A stretch of 24,214 nt of DNA from a virus. Lineage: Duplodnaviria; Caudoviricetes. The DNA lies in the IMG/VR virus record IMGVR_UViG_3300030372_003039, positions 1-24,214 of that record; one strand, written 5' to 3'. Below are positions 6,869 through 14,467 of the stretch, in pieces. The first letter of the stretch is position 1, and the number at the start of each line of letters is the position of its first letter. The notes under the pieces are model-generated. The model saw only the letters and a list, made by a program, of their open reading frames with translations. It made no database searches and had not been told where the DNA came from. The position numbers and the translations under genes are program-made.

Positions 6869-8759
6869 GACCACCACAGCATATTGGGATGAGTGGTCCA
6901 GCAAGATAATAACAGCGCTAGATTTAAAAAAAACAAGTCAACGAGAATGGCATGGTCGTTGCCCAAACTGCGGCGGCAAAGATAGATTCTGGATAACAAA
7001 CTATCACGGCGAGGTTAAGACGAATTGTCGGCAGTGCGAGGATTGGAAAAGTATCAATGAGATTTTGATTAAACAGGGGCTTCTCCCAGAATGGAAACCA
7101 ATGCAAAAAGAAGAAAAAGTAGTCAAGCTACCAGAGCCGCAAGAACTACACCCATATCTCACGCAAAAGCGGATTAAGCTGCATAACGCTAAAATAGATG
7201 AAGGTGACATACATATCACCATCATAAACAACAAAGGGCAGCGTGTAGGCACACAGTTTATTGAACCCAACGGCAAAAAGAAGTTTAGCTTTCAAATGCC
7301 CGTTACAGGCAATTTTGCAGTAGTCGGCGGTAAAATCGAGGACTTTGCCTATTTGTGTGAGGGGTTTGCTACTGCGGCGTCTGTAGCCGAAGCAACGGGC
7401 AAGCCTGCCGTGCACGCATTAAACGCTGGAAATTTAGTAGCGGTATGCAAGGCGCTGCAAGAAGTAAAACCAAATGCAAGGCTTGTCATAGCTGGCGATA
7501 ATGATGATGCAGGGCGTAAAGCCTGCGAAAAAGCTTTTATAGAATGCGGTGTAGAGCATATTTTGCCACCAACCGAAGGGCAAGACTGGAATGACGTATG
7601 GTGCACAAAAGGCGCTGAAGCTACAAAAAAGCTGCTACAACCAGTAAATGTACTTGATGAGGTAATATTTCCAGATCAGGCGCAAGTTCAGCTAGATACA
7701 AAATATATAGTTAAAAACTGGTTTAGCGAAAATACAATCTCACTTATCTATGGGCCAAGCAATGTGGGTAAATCTTTTTTTGTTACACATTGCGCTTGGC
7801 ATATCGCTGCAAATGAACAATGGTTAGGAAGTAGAGTAAATGGTGGTTGCGTGCTCTTGCTTGCTACAGAAGGCGGCTATCTATACCAAAATAGAATTGT
7901 AGCGCTGCAACAAAGCTATCCAGAGCATATAAATGTTAAGCTTGCAGTAAGACCTAGCCCAATAAATCTATATGACGCTGAAGAAGATATAGCAAAAGTA
8001 AAAGCTATTATCAGCGAACTAACAAAAAAGCATGGGCCAGTAAAAATGTTAATCATTGATACACTCGCAAGGGCTACATCTGGCGGTTATGGATTTGATG
8101 AAAATGACAACTCGGCAATGTCTCGATTTGGCGCTAAATTGGACGAACTGAGAGACGAAACAGGCGTTCATGTGTGTATCGTCCATCATTCGGGAAAAGA
8201 TAGCTCTAAGGGCGCTAGGGGTGCGAGTTCGCTTAAAGCGCTGGTGGATACTGAAGTTGAGCTTAGTCAGGACGAAGGGTCAAAAGTCAGGACCGCAAAA
8301 GCGACAAAACAAAGAGATATGGAAACTGGCTCAGAAATTAACTTTATACTGGAAATAGTAGAGCTAGGGCGAGACTCAGATGATGAGCCAGTGACAACTT
8401 GCGTTATCCGAGAGGCAACAAAAGATGAAATGGAGGACGCCGAAAATGAAACTAGGCCGCAAGGAGCAAACCAAAAGCTGTTTAAAAAGTGCTTTATGCA
8501 GCTTAGAGGTGAACGGGTAGGTAGCGCCAATCCGACAGGGGCAGGGTTCCCAGAAGCACGCAAATTCTGGTGCATAAATAAGGACGATTTAGAGGCGCAT
8601 TTTAGCGGCAAAGTGACAACAAAAAACCCTGCTCAAACCTTTGCTCAAACACTCACGAAATTAATCGAAAAAGGCTACTGCGAGATAAATGAGGGCAAAA
8701 TATGGATAATTGCTAAGGAAGGGCGATTAAGCTCAAGTGAGGAGGTTTCACCATTTTAA
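6840..8759 (+). CDS. Primase-helicase (Zn ribbon + TOPRIM + AAA_25/RepA-type helicase)
   Basis: HGRCPNCGGKDRF...CRQC Zn ribbon; LCEGFATA and IAGDNDDAG, DWND TOPRIM; Walker A GPSNVGKS; IIDTLAR; VHHSGKD..KGARGASSL. Confidence 0.93.
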   Translation: MLQDNGANSKTTTAYWDEWSSKIITALDLKKTSQREWHGRCPNCGGKDRFWITNYHGEVKTNCRQCEDWKSINEILIKQGLLPEWKPMQKEEKVVKLPEPQELHPYLTQKRIKLHNAKIDEGDIHITIINNKGQRVGTQFIEPNGKKKFSFQMPVTGNFAVVGGKIEDFAYLCEGFATAASVAEATGKPAVHALNAGNLVAVCKALQEVKPNARLVIAGDNDDAGRKACEKAFIECGVEHILPPTEGQDWNDVWCTKGAEATKKLLQPVNVLDEVIFPDQAQVQLDTKYIVKNWFSENTISLIYGPSNVGKSFFVTHCAWHIAANEQWLGSRVNGGCVLLLATEGGYLYQNRIVALQQSYPEHINVKLAVRPSPINLYDAEEDIAKVKAIISELTKKHGPVKMLIIDTLARATSGGYGFDENDNSAMSRFGAKLDELRDETGVHVCIVHHSGKDSSKGARGASSLKALVDTEVELSQDEGSKVRTAKATKQRDMETGSEINFILEIVELGRDSDDEPVTTCVIREATKDEMEDAENETRPQGANQKLFKKCFMQLRGERVGSANPTGAGFPEARKFWCINKDDLEAHFSGKVTTKNPAQTFAQTLTKLIEKGYCEINEGKIWIIAKEGRLSSSEEVSPF

Positions 8760-8790
8760 CGAATGCAGCAAAAACAATAGGTTACAGGGA

Positions 8791-8910
8791 AAAACCGTGA
8801 GAAACCGTGAGAAACCGTGAGAAAATAGTGAAATCGGTTCATCTTCACGGTTTCACGGTTTTATATATATAAATAAAACCGTGATAATAGTGAACACGTT
8901 AAAACACGTT
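8791..8910. repeat. Iteron array / putative replication origin
   Basis: AAACCGTGA direct at 8792, 8802, 8812, 8876 and inverted at 8845, 8853; 12-bp inverted repeat around an AT-only spacer; AATAGTGA x2; AACACGTT x2. Confidence 0.75.
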
Positions 8911-8942
8911 ATAGATTTTGAGTTGGAGAGAATGAAATAAAA

Positions 8943-9188
8943 ATGGATATTTGGTTGCAGAAAAAAATAGATTGTGGAGAGGCTCGGATCGTGCCTTGCG
9001 GAACGAATAAATTTAGCAGGTTGCAGAGCTTTGAAAGCAAACTTGCGAGTATAACCGATTTGGACGAATTGCGCGGCTTCTGGGATCGCTCGAAGGTGCT
9101 AGGGGTAAAGCTGCCAGATTGGACGGATGAACAAAAGCAAGCGATTAAGTTTAGAGCCATGCAGATAAAAAGGAAGCTAGGGCAGTGA
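8943..9188 (+). CDS. Hypothetical protein
   Basis: 81-aa ORF with GTGA coupling to the next gene. Confidence 0.65.
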   Translation: MDIWLQKKIDCGEARIVPCGTNKFSRLQSFESKLASITDLDELRGFWDRSKVLGVKLPDWTDEQKQAIKFRAMQIKRKLGQ

Positions 9189-9508
9189 CAAAAACAATAC
9201 GTGCAGCATTGCTTGAAGAAGCAAACAAAATTTTACATGGGCGGCGCTCGGAAGATTATGGAAGCATAGAAAGCAACTTCGGACAAATCGCGGCGCTGTG
9301 GAATATTTATCTTGAGCGACGTAAGAGCATAGAGCCGCACGACGTTTGTGCAATGATGGCATTGCTGAAGATTGCTAGGTTATCGCACAAGCCAGACTTT
9401 GACGGTGCTTTAGACTTGGCAGGTTACGCCGCTTGTTATGCTGAGGCCGCGAAATTAGCGCCACCAGTGAGCCAAACGACAAAAAGCAAGGTTAAGGCTA
9501 GGAAATAA
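9185..9508 (+). CDS. DUF6378-like phage protein
   Basis: LEEANKILHGRRSEDYG...NFGQIAALW...DVCAMMALLKIAR...DLAGYAAC pattern. Confidence 0.75.
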   Translation: MTKTIRAALLEEANKILHGRRSEDYGSIESNFGQIAALWNIYLERRKSIEPHDVCAMMALLKIARLSHKPDFDGALDLAGYAACYAEAAKLAPPVSQTTKSKVKARK

Positions 9509-9533
9509 AAAAAGGCCACTCAGTGAGCGGCCT
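9507..9533 (-). terminator. Rho-independent terminator for the leftward early operon
   Basis: Minus strand AGGCCGCTC-ACT-GAGTGGCCT followed by a T-run, between convergent genes. Confidence 0.7.
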
Positions 9534-9553
9534 AGTTAGGGAAATGGGTTGCT

Positions 9554-9754
9554 TTAGTTTACCTTGGCTTGTTCAGCTTGCTTTATTTCTGCTAAGCCTG
9601 CAGCAAACCCTGCTAGTTGTTCTGAAGCATAGCCGTTGAGCGTGGAGTGCATTAGCAAGATAGCTATTTCTTTTCTGCGATACTCTGGCAAGCCTTGCAG
9701 TCTGCAAACTATATCTATCATTTCTTCATTGTCTATTTCGTTTTCCCATGTCAT
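9554..9754 (-). CDS. Hypothetical early protein (start re-assigned to MTWENE...)
   Basis: GGGAGTTAAACCA-ATG; avoids overlap with the upstream gene ending at 9759. Confidence 0.7.
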   Translation of the reverse strand: MTWENEIDNEEMIDIVCRLQGLPEYRRKEIAILLMHSTLNGYASEQLAGFAAGLAEIKQAEQAKVN

Positions 9755-9758
9755 TGGT

Positions 9759-10061
9759 TTAACTCCCTTTTGCTTTAGTTTTACTTTTTGGCGGCCACTG
9801 GATGTCGTATTCTGCAAATCTTTCGAGTTCCCATTCTGTCGGCTCTGTACCAAAAGCATTATCTAATAAATGATAACCACGCTCTAACTTACCAACGTCT
9901 GATACATAAAGGTCATGGCAATCGCATAGCATGCTTATAACATGCTCAAGCGTTTTCTTTAACTCATTGATTACTTCGGCTTGCTTTGCATCCATTGAGT
10001 CAAGCGTCTTAGCGTTTGCAATATATTTTTTTGCTTCGTTTTGAAAATGTTCTTTTGTCAT
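9759..10061 (-). CDS. Hypothetical early protein
   Basis: 100-aa ORF, GAAGGAATCAAACCG-ATG. Confidence 0.75.
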   Translation of the reverse strand: MTKEHFQNEAKKYIANAKTLDSMDAKQAEVINELKKTLEHVISMLCDCHDLYVSDVGKLERGYHLLDNAFGTEPTEWELERFAEYDIQWPPKSKTKAKGS

Positions 10062-10087
10062 CGGTTTGATTCCTTCTTGCTTTGGTT

Positions 10088-10354
10088 TTACTTGTAAATT
10101 GAAATTGAGAGGTAGCTATCATCATTAAAGCTTAAATTATGCTTTTTAGTTCCTACCGTTTCATAGATTGGATAACCGTGTTCATTTTTTACGATACGCC
10201 CATTCTTATGCTTCTTTGGCTGTCGGTCTGGCTCGTTTATCTCAACATGAAGGTAGGTTTCACAATCGTCTAAATATATGCTTCCCTCAAAGGTTTCATT
10301 GAGTTTCTTTTCAACTGCTTCCATTAGGTCGTAGTAAGTAAGTTTAATTTGCAT
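10088..10354 (-). CDS. Hypothetical early protein
   Basis: 88-aa ORF, AAGGAAAAACCA-ATG. Confidence 0.75.
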   Translation of the reverse strand: MQIKLTYYDLMEAVEKKLNETFEGSIYLDDCETYLHVEINEPDRQPKKHKNGRIVKNEHGYPIYETVGTKKHNLSFNDDSYLSISIYK

Positions 10355-10367
10355 TGGTTTTTCCTTA

Positions 10368-10562
10368 TTAATTTTCTAATTCTGTGACAACAGCCGCCGA
10401 CATAAAGCAAAGCCCTATTTCTTTTGGGTCAAGCTTACTAGCTATGTCAAAAGCATATTGTAAGCATTCTTTGGCCTTGTCGTTACTTGGAGCAGTTGCA
10501 GCAAGATGAATTGCTAATGTAAAAGCGTCTGATGCGTTGTTTATCTCTATTTCGTTTGCCAT
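10368..10562 (-). CDS. Hypothetical early protein
   Basis: 64-aa ORF, GGGAGTTAAACCA-ATG. Confidence 0.75.
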   Translation of the reverse strand: MANEIEINNASDAFTLAIHLAATAPSNDKAKECLQYAFDIASKLDPKEIGLCFMSAAVVTELEN

Positions 10563-10566
10563 TGGT

Positions 10567-10671
10567 TTAACTCCCTAAGTATTGAATTAGATATGGTGCA
10601 AGAAATACAGCGCCAGTAAAGAACAAGAATGTGATAAAGCCTAATAGGAATTGGATTTCTGGGGTGTTCAT
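10567..10671 (-). CDS. 34-aa single-TM microprotein
   Basis: MNTPEIQFLLGFITFLFFTGAVFLAPYLIQYLGS*; AAGGTCAAACCA-ATG; ATGA overlap; not in ORF track. Confidence 0.7.
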   Translation of the reverse strand: MNTPEIQFLLGFITFLFFTGAVFLAPYLIQYLGS

Positions 10672-11033
10672 TGGTTTGACCTTTCCATATCTAGGAGAAT
10701 GTTTGCCATAAATGGAAAATAACCATCTAAAACTCTACTGACTAACTTGTCGCTAGGGTTATCGTCTATTGAGCCCATCTCAATTGCTAAATCTATTATT
10801 TCTCCATTGTAACACGGTAGGCCAAACGGAATACCTTGGAGCCATTCAATCAAAGCTTTGTTCTTACCTAACCTAACTATCTCATGACCATATTCATTGC
10901 TGAAACGGTCAAAGATATGTGTAATCTTTTCGGCTCTGGTGGTTAACTTTTGTTCTTCATTATCTCGCTCTATATGGTCAAGAATGAAAGCTTCATAGCG
11001 CGGCTTGTAAACTGTGTGATGTACTTTAGTCAT
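10668..11033 (-). CDS. Hypothetical early protein (start re-assigned to MTKVHH...)
   Basis: AAGGGAAAACCA-ATG; 121 aa. Confidence 0.75.
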   Translation of the reverse strand: MTKVHHTVYKPRYEAFILDHIERDNEEQKLTTRAEKITHIFDRFSNEYGHEIVRLGKNKALIEWLQGIPFGLPCYNGEIIDLAIEMGSIDDNPSDKLVSRVLDGYFPFMANILLDMERSNQ

Positions 11034-11108
11034 TGGTTTTCCCTTTCTTATTATTGTTGTCATGCTTGGTGCATGTAAAGGCATTGCCGCAACAATGCCC
11101 TAGATACA

Positions 11109-11426
11109 TCAAGTATTTATTGCTTCGATTGCTTTAGTTACTTGGTTAGCGTCAACAAACCAATCTGATATGCTGCAATCTAAATTCAATCCTGTTTTCC
11201 TACTATCTCGTCCAGATGACCATTCACATTTACCTGTTAAAGTTGATGCATAATATCGTGAAACAAATTGACCATACTTTGAATGATTATATCTAGCGTC
11301 ATAAAACTCTATTAATGGATCATTGTCATTATGAACTCGACAATCATTTAAGCCATACTTGTCGCCCTCTCTCACTACACGTGCATTGAATGGTATTCCG
11401 TTTGGATTGTTTCCTAAATTAATCAT
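11109..11426 (-). CDS. Hypothetical early protein, first of the leftward operon
   Basis: 105-aa ORF, AAGGGGAAACCAA-ATG, just downstream of a predicted promoter. Confidence 0.75.
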   Translation of the reverse strand: MINLGNNPNGIPFNARVVREGDKYGLNDCRVHNDNDPLIEFYDARYNHSKYGQFVSRYYASTLTGKCEWSSGRDSRKTGLNLDCSISDWFVDANQVTKAIEAINT

Positions 11427-11464
11427 TTGGTTTCCCCTTTGTTTTTCTTCATGTGTATATCATT

Positions 11465-11493
11465 ATTATATCACAAATATATTTGCAAGAGAA
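11465..11493 (-). promoter_or_regulatory. Leftward early promoter (extended -10)
   Basis: Minus strand TTCTCT-N17-TATAAT with TGn extension (TGATATAAT). Confidence 0.6.
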
Positions 11494-11849
11494 AAAATCA
11501 ATAACTTATAAAAAAGATTTATTGAGAAAAGCTACCAACCACACACCAAAGCACAAGCCGCGCACGGGCACGCGCGATTACACTTAAGTAAAACTTAAGT
11601 CAAGCTTATTGTTTTTCATTGTTCATACTTTGCCAAACTTAGTACAATCAAGAACCGTAATAACGGCATTATGGCAAAGTGTTAACATAATACATATTAT
11701 ACGAAATATCATTCTGATATTATCTGCTAGGATTTGCATAGGTTTGGTCTGTATTGTTTTAAGTCTGGCAAAGTATAAACATTGGTGTGCAATGGTATAC
11801 AATTGCCCCCCCGTCTAGCCCCCACCCCTACCCCTATTATTATTATACA

Positions 11850-11878
11850 TTCTCACACACCAAATTTTGTGTTATATT
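11850..11878 (+). promoter_or_regulatory. Rightward promoter for packaging operon / leader RNA
   Basis: TTCTCA-N17-TATATT with TGn extension. Confidence 0.55.
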
Positions 11879-11884
11879 TTTCGC

Positions 11885-11941
11885 AGGGCTGCGTTTGTTC
11901 CATACATGCTTAGCTTCCTCCCAGCTGGGTAAAGCGTAGCC
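11885..11941 (+). ncRNA. Candidate structured small/leader RNA with UCCUCCC loop
   Basis: Outer stem GGGCTGCGTTT/AAGCGTAGCCC (with G-U pairs), inner GCTTAGCT-TCCTCCC-AGCTGGGT; starts at the predicted +1. Confidence 0.5.
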
Positions 11942-12012
11942 CCCCCCATGCCCCCATTGCTTTTGCAGCAATATCACAGTAATATTTCCGAAAAACAAAC
12001 GTGGAGCATATC

Positions 12013-12501
12013 ATGGCAGGCAAGCCAATGAAGCGCAAAGCACTTGCTGCGTTAGATAGTCGTGGCGGCCCAGAGGCGCTACAGGAAGCGCTTTTAGCAG
12101 GTAAGACAATCCCTCAGTTAGCGCGTGAGATAGGGTTAGATCGTGGGTATCTTCGGCGTTTGCTGATGAAGGACGAGCGTTACGCCCCTGCGATAAAGGA
12201 AGTTGAGCATTTGGTTGCTGATGCTCATGCCGAGGCAAGTTTTGAGTATCTTGATGAGGTGCATAAGCGCAGGCAGGGTGAGGTTGACGAGGCCAAGGAT
12301 GGCGTGCGTGATGCAAGCGAGGCGAATGTTAGTCAGATAGATTTGGGCATTGCCAAGGGGTATGCCTCTCAGCATAATATTATGGCGATGGCTTATAATA
12401 AGCAGAAGTATGGCAATGCTGGGCAGCAGAATGTTCAGATTAATATTGGTGATTTGCATTTGGATGCTTTGCGTAAGATGAAGGTTGTGCAGGGTGAATG
12501 A
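12013..12501 (+). CDS. terS: Terminase small subunit (putative)
   Basis: HTH GKTIPQLAREIGLDRGYLRRLL, helical core, directly upstream of terL; GGAG SD favours ATG 12013. Confidence 0.75.
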   Translation: MAGKPMKRKALAALDSRGGPEALQEALLAGKTIPQLAREIGLDRGYLRRLLMKDERYAPAIKEVEHLVADAHAEASFEYLDEVHKRRQGEVDEAKDGVRDASEANVSQIDLGIAKGYASQHNIMAMAYNKQKYGNAGQQNVQINIGDLHLDALRKMKVVQGE

Positions 12502-13900
12502 TTTAGCAAGCAATACGATGCTGGATTTTACCCAGCGTTATGTTCATGCACCTGCTTTGTTTGTTGAGGAAGTGTTGGGCGTAAAGCCATTGCCGTATCA
12601 GGCTGAGTTTCTGGAAGCTATTGCATCTGGTGAAAGAAAAATTTCGATCCGATCGGGTCATGGCACTGGTAAGAGTACAGCAGCATCTTGGGCGATGTTA
12701 TGGTATTTTTTGATGCATTACCCGAATAAGGTTGTGGTCACGGCCCCGACTAGCTCCCAGTTATTTGATGCTTTGTTTGCAGAGATGAAGCGCTGGATTA
12801 ATGAGTTGCCACCCCATTTGCAGTCTGTGTTGAATGTAAAATCGGATCGTGTGGAGCATAATTCTGCGCCGAGCGAGATGTTTATTTCGGCAAGAACCAG
12901 TAGAGCCGAGACGCCAGAAGCGCTGGCTGGGGTGCATTCTGAGCATGTAATGTTGGTTGTGGATGAGGCCAGTGGTGTGCCTGAGAAGGTATTTGAGGCT
13001 GCTGCTGGGTCTATGTCGGGCCATAATGCAACCACGATTATGTTAAGCAACCCCACGCGGAGCAGTGGTACGTTTTATGAAAGTCAGACGCGCATGGCGA
13101 GTAGCTGGTGGACGCGTCGTTGGTCATGTGTGGATAGTCCTCTTGTTAGTGATGAGTTTGTGGACGAGATGCGGCTCAGGTATGGCGAGGAGAGCAATGC
13201 GTTTCGTATTCGTGTGCTGGGCGAGTTTCCGCTTGCAGACGATGATACGATTATTCCGTTTCATCTTGCTGAGTCTGCACAGCACAGGGATGTGCAGGTG
13301 AGTGAGGAGACAAGCATTGTGTGGGGCTTGGATGTGGCAAGGTTTGGCACGGATAGCACGGCGTTGTGCAAGAGGCAGGGTCCGATTGTGACGGAGATAC
13401 GCAGTTGGCGTGGTTTGGATTTAATGCAGACTGTGGGTAGGGTTGTTGCGGAATATGAGGGTTTACCTGATAGTCGCAGGCCGAGAGAGATATTGGTGGA
13501 CAGTATTGGGATTGGTTCTGGCGTGGTAGATCGTCTGCAGGAGTTGGAGTTGCCTGTGCGTGGTGTAAACGTTGCAGAAGCGCCGAGCATGGGCGAGACA
13601 TATTTGAATCTCAGGAGTGAGCTTTGGTTTAAGACGAAGGGTTGGCTTGAGGATCGCAGTTGCAAGTTGCCGAGCAATGACCAGCTTATCGCTGAGTTGA
13701 CCAGTATTAGGTATAGTTTTACGAGCAGTGGCAAGATGAAGGCTGAGTCAAAGGATGAGATGCGAAAGCGAGGTTTACAGTCACCTGATTTGGCTGATGC
13801 GTTATGTTTGACAATGGCAAGCGATGCTGCAACTGCGTTGAGCGGTAAGTTTAGCTCTTGGCGTGGTGAGATAAGAAGGAATTTGCGTGGCATTGCCTAG
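12494..13900 (+). CDS. terL: Terminase large subunit
   Basis: PYQ Q-motif, Walker A SGHGTGKS, Walker B LVVDEASG, SNP coupling motif, nuclease GLDVARFGTD, VDSIGIG, SPDLADAL; exact start uncertain (12485/12494/12518). Confidence 0.95.
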   Translation: MNDLASNTMLDFTQRYVHAPALFVEEVLGVKPLPYQAEFLEAIASGERKISIRSGHGTGKSTAASWAMLWYFLMHYPNKVVVTAPTSSQLFDALFAEMKRWINELPPHLQSVLNVKSDRVEHNSAPSEMFISARTSRAETPEALAGVHSEHVMLVVDEASGVPEKVFEAAAGSMSGHNATTIMLSNPTRSSGTFYESQTRMASSWWTRRWSCVDSPLVSDEFVDEMRLRYGEESNAFRIRVLGEFPLADDDTIIPFHLAESAQHRDVQVSEETSIVWGLDVARFGTDSTALCKRQGPIVTEIRSWRGLDLMQTVGRVVAEYEGLPDSRRPREILVDSIGIGSGVVDRLQELELPVRGVNVAEAPSMGETYLNLRSELWFKTKGWLEDRSCKLPSNDQLIAELTSIRYSFTSSGKMKAESKDEMRKRGLQSPDLADALCLTMASDAATALSGKFSSWRGEIRRNLRGIA

Positions 13901-14414
13901 TATTGAGAGCGATTTGCGGAGTTGGTCACGCGAGGTTTTGGAGCAGCCGAGTAAGTATTTGAAGGGTATGCCGCCTTGTCCGTATGCGAAACAGGCGTGG
14001 AAGCAAGACAAGGTAATGGTTGTTGAGCTTGAGGATATTATTCTGCAGGCTGATAAGTATTGCTTTGATTTTGATGCGTTTAATAAGGATTTGGTTATTT
14101 TGGCGTCATATAATTTGCCTGATATGGCTGAGTTTGCTGAGTTTACTAAGAGATTAAACCATAGATTTGTTGCGTTACATTGTATGCAGTTTCATCCTGA
14201 TTATGGTGCAGAGGATGCTGAGTTAGATTTTTTGTTTGATAATGAGTGGGAGAGCAGCATTGATGAGGAATATTGCATGCTGTTTATACAGGATTTGGAG
14301 CTTGTTATAAATGCAAGTGACAAACTTGATCCTTTAGGTTATTATGAGGCGTATCCCAGCGCTGAGTATGAAGCGCTTGTTGTAGATAGAAAGAGGAGAA
14401 TGACATGGCGATGA
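13887..14414 (+). CDS. DUF1415-like protein
   Basis: W...VLE....GMPPCPYAK and FHPDY motifs; acidic. Confidence 0.6.
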   Translation: MALPSIESDLRSWSREVLEQPSKYLKGMPPCPYAKQAWKQDKVMVVELEDIILQADKYCFDFDAFNKDLVILASYNLPDMAEFAEFTKRLNHRFVALHCMQFHPDYGAEDAELDFLFDNEWESSIDEEYCMLFIQDLELVINASDKLDPLGYYEAYPSAEYEALVVDRKRRMTWR

Positions 14415-14467
14415 AACCCAGAGCAATGAAGAAAAAAGCTAAAACTAAGAAAAAGATGCGTAGATAG
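14405..14467 (+). CDS. 20-aa basic micropeptide
   Basis: MAMKPRAMKKKAKTKKKMRR*; strong SD GAGGAG; TAGTG coupling to the next ORF. Confidence 0.55.
   Translation: MAMKPRAMKKKAKTKKKMRR

Noticed and set aside
6647-6999. Minus-strand ORFs over the ssb/primase junction
   Set aside because: Antisense to well-supported genes and cross a minus-strand terminator; an ncRNA explains the signals better
8791-8830. Tandem repeats as a CRISPR array
   Set aside because: 10-bp units without spacers and no cas genes; fits iterons
11609-11818. 69-aa ORF in the control region
   Set aside because: No SD, low-information sequence, lies between divergent promoters
11885-11941. tRNA gene
   Set aside because: Too short; lacks a T-loop GTTC in the right position and an anticodon arm
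13261-13893. 210-aa antisense ORF (and other shadow ORFs in the track)
   Set aside because: Mirror frames of terL and other real genes, with no motifs or RBS
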